Source: Armatimonadia bacterium
GTDB lineage: Bacteria; Armatimonadota; Zipacnadia; Zipacnadales; UBA11051
Length of the DNA: 24,365 bases
Reading direction: 5' to 3'
Assembly (NCBI GenBank): GCA_039683575.1
Contig: JBDKRC010000211.1
Coordinates: 1-24,365, forward strand
The notes under the pieces are model-generated. The model saw only the letters and a list, made by a program, of their open reading frames with translations, did not search any database and was not told where the DNA came from. Made by a program: the position numbers and the translations under genes. Positions 8,079 through 15,798 of the stretch are shown one piece after another; the first letter of the stretch is position 1; each line of letters begins with the position of its first letter.

Positions 8079-10047
8079 TCTTAAGACGGACTGGCTCGGT
8101 AAAGTGACTGACCTTCTGTCCGGCGACACCATGGTTGTGCCTGTCGCCGGGGAAGCTGCCTTTGAGCTCGCGCAACGCCTGCCCGTCTCGATCATCGTTG
8201 CCGGCCTCGAGCCGCTCACCCATGAGAAGATGCTCGGCTACCTGCAGATGCGCAAGTGCTGCCCCGAGGCGGTGTTTGTCTGTCTCGCTCCGGCCGAAGT
8301 GCGTGGGCAGGTGCGGCACGAGGGTCTCTTCTCTCCCGACTTCTGGCTCGACCCGCAGGTGACACTCTCCGAGGCGCAGGAACTGCTGCAGCAGGCTGTC
8401 CAGAAGGCCCATCTACTCTTGGACGCGAGTGGGGTGCCTCCGACCCCTGAGCCACAGTGGCGCGAGGCAGCCGCCGAGCCTCTCGGACCCGAGCAGACGG
8501 TTCTGCACCAGCTTCTCGGGGCCATGGCCGGCAATGCCGACCCGGACCGGCTACTGGACGCCTACATAGACGCCGTGTCTCAACTCGTCCGTTGCGCCGG
8601 ACATTGTTTTCTGTGGAAGAGCGAAGACGGCGGTTGCCTGCGGGTGAAGCGCGCCCAGGGCCTACCCCCCGAACTCGCCACTCACGGACGCCTCAGCCCA
8701 ACGGATGCACTGCCGTCATGGTATCGGACAAACTCCCGGGCGCTGACGCGTCAGGAGCTTGCCCACTGGCCCGACGCCGCCCTCGCCGGGGCGCTCACCC
8801 GCGAACTGCAGGTCTTCCGGGGGCAGGTCGCCATACCGCTGCTTCTCAGCGGCCGCCTCGAAGGCTTGCTGATCCTGGCCGAAAAGGTGGTTGGCGAGCT
8901 TTACAGCAACACCGAGCTTGAGACACTCTTTGTGCTCACGAGCTACGTCTCGGTTCACCTTGAGAATCTGCGCCTGCAGGCCCAGGTGCGCGAGACGCAG
9001 GAGTACATGCAGCGTAGCCTAACTGCGATGCGCTGCGGCCTGATCACGCTCGGCTCCGACGGCTGTATCACGGTCTGCAACCCCTACGCCGCCCACGTGC
9101 TTGGGGTTCGGCCGCAGGAACTCGAAGGAGCAGACCTGCGGGCCCTGCCCTCTCCTCTGGGCGATTACCTGTATTCGGCCTTCAAGTCGCCGGAAGCTGT
9201 GGTTACTGCCGAGCGCCTGTCGCTGGCCGGCCTTGGCGTTCAGCTTCGGGTCACCACCTCACCACTTCTGGACGGCGCCGGCAAGGCCGTGGGCAGTGTG
9301 CTTTTGCTTGAGGATATCAGCAGCACGGTCGAGGAGGCCGCCGAGACGGCCCGTCAGGACACTATCAATGCCCTGACGCGCATTATCGGCCGTCTGGCGC
9401 ATGATGTTCGTACGCCACTGACAGCCATCAAGACCTATGCCCAGTTAATGGATCAGCCAGACGACTTCGAGGACCTCTCCCAGTTCTGGCATGACACTGT
9501 CAGCCCCCAACTGGAGCGCCTGGATCGCCTCATCAGCGAGCAGGTGAAGCTGATCGAGCCGCCGCCGCCCTCCTTCCAGCTTGTTGACGTCGAGCAGCTC
9601 GTGCAGGAGGTAGTGGCGAAGGCCTCCTCCGGCAATCCGGACAATGGCGATCCGCTCCTCAAGATCGTCGGACCACTGCCGCGCATCGTGGCCGACCCGG
9701 GTCCTGTTCGCGATGCGTTCGGTTACCTTTTGCGATATCTTGGCGATCACGGTGCTTCACCCGTGGGCGTGGTCCTGGACCAGCATCGCAAGGGCCCCAT
9801 CGCCAACGTCCGCATCAGGATGCGCTCGGCGGCCAATGGCAGCGTGCCGGACCCGCACACCATTCTGGATCCCGTCGCTGTACTACAGTCAGAAGAAGGG
9901 GATCTGGGGCCCGCCATCAGCCGGCAGCTCATTGCCCGGCAGGGCGGTCGTGTCGAGGCCGCGCACGGCGACGGTTTCTTTGAGTTCCGCATGTTATTCC
10001 CGATAAATGTGGTGGAGCCGGTGGATGCGCACGAATCAAACCGCTAG
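8056..10047 (+). CDS. Cytoplasmic GAF-PAS-HisKA protein with pseudo-receiver N-terminus and degenerate ATPase domain (pseudokinase or phosphotransferase)
   Basis: GAF (IPLLLSGRLEGLLILAEK), PAS (GLITLGSDGCITVCNPYAAHVLG), H-box AHDVRTPL. The N, G1 and G2 boxes are degenerate. Overlaps the upstream kinase by 23 bp. Confidence 0.85.
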   Translation: MVVTLATDLKTDWLGKVTDLLSGDTMVVPVAGEAAFELAQRLPVSIIVAGLEPLTHEKMLGYLQMRKCCPEAVFVCLAPAEVRGQVRHEGLFSPDFWLDPQVTLSEAQELLQQAVQKAHLLLDASGVPPTPEPQWREAAAEPLGPEQTVLHQLLGAMAGNADPDRLLDAYIDAVSQLVRCAGHCFLWKSEDGGCLRVKRAQGLPPELATHGRLSPTDALPSWYRTNSRALTRQELAHWPDAALAGALTRELQVFRGQVAIPLLLSGRLEGLLILAEKVVGELYSNTELETLFVLTSYVSVHLENLRLQAQVRETQEYMQRSLTAMRCGLITLGSDGCITVCNPYAAHVLGVRPQELEGADLRALPSPLGDYLYSAFKSPEAVVTAERLSLAGLGVQLRVTTSPLLDGAGKAVGSVLLLEDISSTVEEAAETARQDTINALTRIIGRLAHDVRTPLTAIKTYAQLMDQPDDFEDLSQFWHDTVSPQLERLDRLISEQVKLIEPPPPSFQLVDVEQLVQEVVAKASSGNPDNGDPLLKIVGPLPRIVADPGPVRDAFGYLLRYLGDHGASPVGVVLDQHRKGPIANVRIRMRSAANGSVPDPHTILDPVAVLQSEEGDLGPAISRQLIARQGGRVEAAHGDGFFEFRMLFPINVVEPVDAHESNR

Positions 10048-10112
10048 CAAACCGCCGCCGCGTTAGGCCGGGCCTTTGACCAGGCGGACGCGGGCGCACG
10101 TGAGGCAAGTAG

Positions 10113-11744
10113 ATGACCAAACCCCTGGTGCTTGTGATAGACGACGAAGTGGGGCCGCGCGAGTCCTTGAGGATGATCCTCAAGAACCGCTACGATGTGA
10201 TGCTCGCCGATGGCCCCGAACAGGGCCTCAAGATGGCGGCTGACGCCCGGCCCGATGTCGTCTTTTGCGACATCAAGATGCCTGAGATGGAAGGTCCTGA
10301 GGTGCTGCGCCGTCTCAAGGAGCTTGATTCCGAAGTCCAGGTCGCGCTCATCACTGCGTATGCCGCCGTGGACACCGCCCAGCAGGCGGTGCGTTACGGG
10401 GCCATCGACTACATAACCAAGCCTTTCTCGGTCCAGGACATCATGCTCGTGGCCGACCGCGCTGTTGAGAAGCGCCGCCAGTCCGAGCGTCAGCAGGCCC
10501 TGATTGACGAACTCCAGCCCACCGCGCGGGTGCTGTCCGGTCAGCTTTCCGCCATCACCAGCGGGAGCAGCGGTGATCAGACACAGATCTACCAGAACCT
10601 CACTCAGGCCCACAACTCCATTGAGTCCCAACTCAGCAAGATTGCCAAACTGAATGCTATCGGCGAAGTTGCCGCTGAGGTGGCACACGATGTCCGCAAC
10701 TTCCTGACCGCCATCCTCCTGCGCATTGAGATCCTGCTCATGGACCTCAAGGAGCCCTCGCAGGTCAACTCACAGGCGGTCAAGGAAGCCCTGCAGGACA
10801 TTCTGCAGGCGGCCAGCGACGGCGCGCAGGCCGTGCAACGGATCTCCTCGATCTCAAAGTCCGATCCCTACGAGCCCTTCACGCTCCTCAGCGTCAATGA
10901 GGTCGTGAACGATGTCGTTAGCATGTCCTTCGGCCAGTTCCAGACCAGCCAGGGCGTGAGCATTGAGGTCAAGACCACCGACGTTCCGGATATCTACGGC
11001 AGCCCGACGGCCCTGCGCACCGCAGTCATGAATATCGTCATTAACGCGCGGCAAGCCCTGCCCGACGACGGAGGCCATGTCACGATCAGCACTGCCGCTG
11101 AGGGTGAAGACGTGCTGATAATCGTGCAGGACACGGGACGGGGCATTGCCGACGATGTCATGCCCTATATCACGGAACCGTTCTTCACCACCAAGGGTGC
11201 GCACGGCTCGGGGCTCGGCCTCAGTGTCGCCCGCAAGGTCATCGGCAACCACGAGGGGCGCATCGAGTTCGACAGCGTCCCCGATCGCGGCACCACGGTC
11301 ACCATCAGGCTGCCGCTCAAGTCCTCACGCAGCCAGGAGAAGGAATCCACCGATACTCCAGAGCCCGGCGATCCTGTGCCCTCGGTGCTGGTGATCGAGG
11401 ACGACGTGGAGATGCTGACCAACATCAACACCGCGATCATCGGCGCGGGCCTGACCGCCGAGGGCGCTCGCGATGCCGGCGAGGCACTGCAGAAGCTCGA
11501 CGGGTACCTAACCGACTACGGGCATGCTCCAGCGACGGTCATCACCGACCTTCACATGCCGGGCCTCCTGGGCACGGAACTGGCTCGCCGCGTCAAGAAT
11601 CTCGCCCCCGACACGCGCGTGATACTCGTCAGCGGCTACATCACGGAAGAGGCCACACACATCTCCTCACCCCATGTGGACGCGATCATCAAGAAGCCCT
11701 TCCGCTTCCCCGACTTGCTCAGGCAGATCAGCCCACCAGTGTGA
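10113..11744 (+). CDS. Hybrid REC-histidine kinase-REC protein
   Basis: REC1 (VIDDE, VFCDIKMP, ITAY, TKPF), H-box AHDVRN, N-box NIVINARQA, G1 DTGRG, PFFTTK, G2 GSGLGL, REC2 (IEDD, ITDLHMPG, VSGY, KKPF). Confidence 0.93.
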   Translation: MTKPLVLVIDDEVGPRESLRMILKNRYDVMLADGPEQGLKMAADARPDVVFCDIKMPEMEGPEVLRRLKELDSEVQVALITAYAAVDTAQQAVRYGAIDYITKPFSVQDIMLVADRAVEKRRQSERQQALIDELQPTARVLSGQLSAITSGSSGDQTQIYQNLTQAHNSIESQLSKIAKLNAIGEVAAEVAHDVRNFLTAILLRIEILLMDLKEPSQVNSQAVKEALQDILQAASDGAQAVQRISSISKSDPYEPFTLLSVNEVVNDVVSMSFGQFQTSQGVSIEVKTTDVPDIYGSPTALRTAVMNIVINARQALPDDGGHVTISTAAEGEDVLIIVQDTGRGIADDVMPYITEPFFTTKGAHGSGLGLSVARKVIGNHEGRIEFDSVPDRGTTVTIRLPLKSSRSQEKESTDTPEPGDPVPSVLVIEDDVEMLTNINTAIIGAGLTAEGARDAGEALQKLDGYLTDYGHAPATVITDLHMPGLLGTELARRVKNLAPDTRVILVSGYITEEATHISSPHVDAIIKKPFRFPDLLRQISPPV

Positions 11745-11764
11745 TCCCCTCCACCACGCCGATA

Positions 11765-11788
11765 AGCAGGCGCTCTGCCTGCTCGTTT
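11765..11788 (+). terminator. Possible weak intrinsic terminator between convergent genes
   Basis: AGCAGGC-GCTCT-GCCTGCT hairpin followed only by CGTTT. A second hairpin, GCACTGGCA...TGCCGGTGC, lies at 11795-11820. Confidence 0.3.
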
Positions 11789-11858
11789 GAGGAGGCACTG
11801 GCAAGGCCGGCTGCCGGTGCGAGTGTCGGAGCGCAAGGGGTTGGGGGCCGGGTTGTAG

Positions 11859-12557
11859 TTAGAGCTCAACCAGTTCGGTAGCTGTCGGCGCCAGCATCGC
11901 CTTCTCAAGTTTCCTCCACCCCGCCCGAGGCAGGACCTCTTCGGCCCGGTCCACTATGGCATCGAGAACCTCCGCCGGTGCTACATGCTGCAAGCCGGCC
12001 AGAAAGAACAGCCGCTCGTGGGGGTTCATCGCCGGCAGCATCTCGTCCAGATACGCCAGCAACTGGCCGATGCTCATGCTCCCAATGATCGCCCCCAGAA
12101 CCCGCGCAAGTTCGTCCGGCTGCGCGACCTCCCAAAGGCTTAGCATGACCTGTGCCTCCTCCTGGTTGAGGTGAGGCAGGTACAGGCCGATGAAGCGGTT
12201 GAGGCCCCTGTAGAATTCGAGCCCAAGGGCCTGACGGAGGCCGGGATCCTCGACCTCGACCAAGCGCTCGAAATGAGCCTCGAGGTCGGCCAGCAGCGCT
12301 TCCTGAAGCTCGTGGTCGGCGCTGAGGGCGCGGGCAACACCGGGTAGCTTGAGGTCCAGGAGCGGGTGGACGATCTCCGTCTCATGCTCCAAGTGGCTAC
12401 GCAATAGCCCTGTCAGCCCCCTCCACGCCTCCTTGAGGTCATCCACCTCGTCCCCGTCGCCCCAGTCCACCTGGCCACTCAGGCGCGATAGCTCGAACAG
12501 AGCCGACCGCAGGCCCTTGTGTACCTCAGTATAGAGATCGAGCCGGGGAGCACTCAC
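11859..12557 (-). CDS. Hemerythrin (HHE cation-binding) domain protein
   Basis: Di-iron ligand pattern VHKGLR ... HLEHE ... DH ... HLNQEE in a helical protein. GTG start with SD GGAGG. Confidence 0.85.
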   Translation of the reverse strand: MSAPRLDLYTEVHKGLRSALFELSRLSGQVDWGDGDEVDDLKEAWRGLTGLLRSHLEHETEIVHPLLDLKLPGVARALSADHELQEALLADLEAHFERLVEVEDPGLRQALGLEFYRGLNRFIGLYLPHLNQEEAQVMLSLWEVAQPDELARVLGAIIGSMSIGQLLAYLDEMLPAMNPHERLFFLAGLQHVAPAEVLDAIVDRAEEVLPRAGWRKLEKAMLAPTATELVEL

Positions 12558-12561
12558 AATT

Positions 12562-12593
12562 GTCCCTCCAGAAAGCGTGTTTACTGGAGGGAC
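12562..12593 (-). promoter_or_regulatory. Perfect 10-bp inverted repeat covering the hemerythrin Shine-Dalgarno sequence
   Basis: GTCCCTCCAG (12562-12571), 12 nt, CTGGAGGGAC (12584-12593). On the minus-strand mRNA the 3' arm contains GGAGG and ends 4 nt before the GTG. Confidence 0.55.
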
Positions 12594-12640
12594 GATGGAA
12601 GCTCAGGGACGTTCAGCGGGCGCTGAAGGTGTGGCGCGCG

Positions 12641-13675
12641 TCAGCGCCTGAAGTGAGGCACAGGCAGTATCTGCCCCATCTCGACCGCCTCGGTGGCGAC
12701 AACCATCCCCGCCGCGCTGTTAGCGCCCTCGAAGGCATCTACTACCGGCTGCTTGTCGTTCAGGATGCAGTCGATGAAGTGGTCAATCTCAGGCTCGTAG
12801 GGATGGCCCTCGATCTGCTTGTCGGACAGGTCCTGAACCTCCACGTCGTGCCCCTCGCCAATCATCACCTTACCGCCGCGAATGGTGCCCTTCGTGCCGT
12901 AGACCTCCAGATTGTTGAAGTCGGGGCGTGGGCCGACGATGCCATAGGCACCCGTGAGCTTGCAGACGGCGCCGCTGGCCAGCTTGACCACCGCGCACAT
13001 GCAGTCGGGGTGCTGCATCTCGGGGAAGGCGAGGCTGTTGCCGTAGCCTGTGACCTCAACGGCATACGAATTGGCGTACCAGCGCAGCAGGTCGAACTGG
13101 TGAGAGCACCCCCCGACGAGGACCTTCTCGTGTTCGAGGTACCAGTTGATGTTGCCGATGTAGGGGTTGATCCGCGAGGGGTCGCCCTGGCCCTTGAGCC
13201 CATGGATGTAATCGGCCTCGAGGTAGAATATCTCGCCGAGCGCGCCGCTTGCGCACAGGCGGTGGACCTCGATGTTGTAGGGGTTGAAGCGCAGTATCTG
13301 CCCGACCATGGTCTTGCGGTCGCTCTGGCGGGCGGCATCGGTCATGCGGCACAGGTCATCAAGCGTGTTGCCCATGGGCTTCTCCACGATGACATGGCAA
13401 CCGGCCTGCAGGCCCTTCACGAACGGCTCGGCGTGGAGGTGGTCGGAGGTGTTGACGGAGAGCAGGTCGAGGTCGGCACGCTCCAGCATCTCGTCGAGGC
13501 TGGTATACAGGCCGCAGGTGTCGTCGAGGCCGATCCACTCCCGGGCATGATCGAGCTTCTTCTGGTCGAAGTCGCAGATGCCGACGAGGTCTGCGTGCTG
13601 GTGGAGCCAGTAGACCTTGGCATGGTGGATGCCGTTGTGGCCGATGCCGACGACTCCGGCGCGAAGCTTGCGCAT
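12641..13675 (-). CDS. Gfo/Idh/MocA family oxidoreductase
   Basis: MRKLRAGVVGIGHNG Rossmann motif, HVIVEKPM, GQILRFNP, GCSHQFD, LEVYGTKG. ATG 13675 has SD AGGAGGT; the longer ORF start 13888 was rejected. Confidence 0.93.
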   Translation of the reverse strand: MRKLRAGVVGIGHNGIHHAKVYWLHQHADLVGICDFDQKKLDHAREWIGLDDTCGLYTSLDEMLERADLDLLSVNTSDHLHAEPFVKGLQAGCHVIVEKPMGNTLDDLCRMTDAARQSDRKTMVGQILRFNPYNIEVHRLCASGALGEIFYLEADYIHGLKGQGDPSRINPYIGNINWYLEHEKVLVGGCSHQFDLLRWYANSYAVEVTGYGNSLAFPEMQHPDCMCAVVKLASGAVCKLTGAYGIVGPRPDFNNLEVYGTKGTIRGGKVMIGEGHDVEVQDLSDKQIEGHPYEPEIDHFIDCILNDKQPVVDAFEGANSAAGMVVATEAVEMGQILPVPHFRR

Positions 13676-13729
13676 GGGGGACCTCCTGAGGTGTGAGGAG
13701 TATTCCCTGAGGGGGAGTGGTTTCCTGCC

Positions 13730-13811
13730 GGAACGGGGACAGACCCCAATTTCGCTTGTGGGTTGGCAGTGGATCTGTGAAAGTTGCGAAATCAGGGTCA
13801 GTCCCCGCTCC
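13730..13811. repeat. REP/REPIN-like inverted repeat
   Basis: 26-nt arms GGAACGGGGACAGACCCCAATTTCGC (13730-13755) and GCGAAATCAGGGTCAGTCCCCGCTCC (13786-13811), 22/26 complementary, with a 30-nt spacer. Confidence 0.6.
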
Positions 13812-13838
13812 TTGGGTATTGACTCTGGCCTATCGTAG

Positions 13839-13864
13839 ATTGTATACAATATACAGTATACAAT
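13839..13864. promoter_or_regulatory. Candidate GntR/FadR operator(s) and promoter of the divergent genes
   Basis: Perfect palindrome ATTGTATACAAT (13839-13850) and three tandem TATACAR heptamers (13843-13863) directly before the gntR ATG. TTGACT lies at 13819-13824. Confidence 0.7.
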
Positions 13865-14587
13865 ATGAGCAACCCCCTCCCCCGCCATTCACTCACTGAT
13901 CTTGTAGCCGAAGCCCTGTCTGAGCGGCTTGTCGCCGGTGAACTCCAGCCCGGCGACCGCCTAGCTGAGGCGCAACTGGCGGAGGAGCTACAGGTGAGCC
14001 GCACTCCCGTGCGCGAGGCCCTGGGGCGGCTGACTACGCTGGGGCTGCTGGAGAAGGACACGCACCGGGGGGCGCGCGTAGCTGAGCCGACGCTGGCGGA
14101 GCTGTGCCAGGTGTATGAGGTGCGTGAGAGCCTGGAGGGGCTGGCGGCGGGGCTGTTTGCGCTACGGGCTACCGAGGCGGCGCGGGAGGAACTCAAGGCC
14201 ACGTGGCGGGAGGTCGAGGCGGCGTGGCGGGCCGGGGACGCGGCAGGGGTGCGATGGCATGATTTTCTCTTTCACCGGCAACTCATCCGCGGCGGGCAGA
14301 ATGAGTACCTCGCAGGGGCGGGGCATGCGGAGGCGCTGATGCTGCTGGCGTATCTCGTGCGGCGGCCGAAGCAGGAGGCGGGGGTACGCCAGGCCATAGG
14401 CGACCCGCATGTCGAGGTAATGCGCGCCATCGAGGCGCGGGACGGTGAGGCGGCGGAGAAGGCCATGCGGGCGCACGTGCGCGGGACGCGGGAGTCGCTG
14501 GCGCAAGCTCTGGAGCCTGAGGAGCGTAACAGGCTGTACCCGGCACCCAGAAAGAGGAGTGGCCCACGCTCATGGGTAAAACTGTGA
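13865..14587 (+). CDS. GntR family transcriptional regulator (FadR subfamily, FCD domain)
   Basis: wHTH LQPGDRLAEAQLAEELQVSRTPVREAL; FCD motifs YEVRESLEGLAA, DFLFHRQL, HVEVMRAIEARDGEAAEKAMRAHV. Confidence 0.95.
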   Translation: MSNPLPRHSLTDLVAEALSERLVAGELQPGDRLAEAQLAEELQVSRTPVREALGRLTTLGLLEKDTHRGARVAEPTLAELCQVYEVRESLEGLAAGLFALRATEAAREELKATWREVEAAWRAGDAAGVRWHDFLFHRQLIRGGQNEYLAGAGHAEALMLLAYLVRRPKQEAGVRQAIGDPHVEVMRAIEARDGEAAEKAMRAHVRGTRESLAQALEPEERNRLYPAPRKRSGPRSWVKL

Positions 14588-15708
14588 TGACGGGACGGGA
14601 GAGACTGCTGGCGGCGGTGCGGCATGAGGAGCCGGATCGGGTGCCGATTTGCCCCCGCATCCAGTGGGCCTGGCTCGATCCGGACGGGCGGCACCGGCTG
14701 CGGGAGCTCTACGAGCCCGCCATTGACCCCATGGACATCCTGAGCCCCCGGACACCGAACTACATCTACGGCAGTCAGCCCGATCAGTACGACCTGCCCG
14801 AGGTGCGGGTGGAGCAGAAGCGGTATGAGGAGGGCAACTACCAGGTTGTCGAGCGGGTGTTTCATACGCCCGCGGGGAAGCTCTCCGACCGCACGAAGAT
14901 CCCGCCGTCGGGGCGGGAGTACGGGATGTCGCCGAACGCGATCCGCACCGAGCACCTGGTCAAGGGGCGGGAAGACCTGCCCGCGCTACGCTACATCCTG
15001 CCGGAGATCAAGGGGAACTATGACCACGTGCGGGAGCGGATGACGGAGCTGGGAGACCGCGGCGTGGTGATGGTCAACATCTACAGCGAGCTATGCCATC
15101 AGGCCGGGGATGCGCGCGATATGCAGGACCTGATGATGGACTACTACCTCGACCGGCCGTTCTTCGATGAACTGACCGGCATCTTCCACGAGCGGTCCAT
15201 GACCGAGACGCGAGCGGTGCTCGAGGCCGGCGGGGAGTGGATCTTCTCCAACAGCTACTACAACAGCGTCTCGGCGGGGTGGTCGCCGGCGATCTTCGAG
15301 GAAGTCTTCGTCCCCCACATCAAGGAGCAAGTGGACCTCGTCCACAGCTACGGTGCCTATGTGGACTACTACGATGACGGCAACCTCGCCAAGTCCATGC
15401 ACCTGATCGCGGACTGCGGCGTGGATGTGCTGGAGACCTGCACTCCGCCGCCAATGTGCGACTTCGACCTGCGCGAGGCCAAGGCGACGATTGGCGACAA
15501 GGTGGCGCTGAAGGGCTATGTGGACCTGTTGTACGTGGTCATGCGTGGAACGCCAGAGCTTATTGAGCAGACGGTGGCGGAGGCGATGGAGATTGCGAAG
15601 CCGGGCGGCGGCTTCATCATCGGAAGCTCGGACAGCTTCCGCGAGGGTACGCCGCCGGAGAATATGCATGCGTATTTTCAGAGTTGTCTGAAGTATGGCG
15701 GGTATTGA
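14572..15708 (+). CDS. Uroporphyrinogen decarboxylase family protein (URO-D / MtaA-CmuA-like, not canonical HemE)
   Basis: MTGRERLLAAVRHEEPDRVP N-terminus, SPAIFEEVFVPH, and C-terminal GTPELIEQTV...GGGFIIGSSD...TPPEN. An alternative start, ATG 14587, overlaps the gntR stop (TGATG). Confidence 0.85.
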   Translation: MGKTVMTGRERLLAAVRHEEPDRVPICPRIQWAWLDPDGRHRLRELYEPAIDPMDILSPRTPNYIYGSQPDQYDLPEVRVEQKRYEEGNYQVVERVFHTPAGKLSDRTKIPPSGREYGMSPNAIRTEHLVKGREDLPALRYILPEIKGNYDHVRERMTELGDRGVVMVNIYSELCHQAGDARDMQDLMMDYYLDRPFFDELTGIFHERSMTETRAVLEAGGEWIFSNSYYNSVSAGWSPAIFEEVFVPHIKEQVDLVHSYGAYVDYYDDGNLAKSMHLIADCGVDVLETCTPPPMCDFDLREAKATIGDKVALKGYVDLLYVVMRGTPELIEQTVAEAMEIAKPGGGFIIGSSDSFREGTPPENMHAYFQSCLKYGGY

Positions 15709-15748
15709 GGCAGACACCTGGGGCGGCAGAGTGGTCGTAGATAACGGC

Positions 15749-15773
15749 AGGGCCGGCTGAAGCTCGGCCCCTC
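15749..15773. repeat. Short REP-like palindrome
   Basis: AGGGCCG-GCTGAAGCT-CGGCCCT; on the minus strand it begins with the GGAG tetranucleotide typical of REPs. Confidence 0.35.
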
Positions 15774-15798
15774 CAAACGGCAAGGAGAGACGGTTCTC

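Noticed and set aside
12560-13696. 378-aa plus-strand ORF
   Set aside because: Antisense shadow of the Gfo/Idh/MocA gene; high GC3 suppresses stops, and it has no motifs.
13676-13888. N-terminal extension of the Gfo/Idh/MocA ORF
   Set aside because: It crosses the repeat, the operator and the gntR start. A strong SD and the Rossmann motif support ATG 13675.
14572-15708. Assignment as hemE
   Set aside because: It lacks the HemE N-terminal RQAGR signature and there is no heme gene context.
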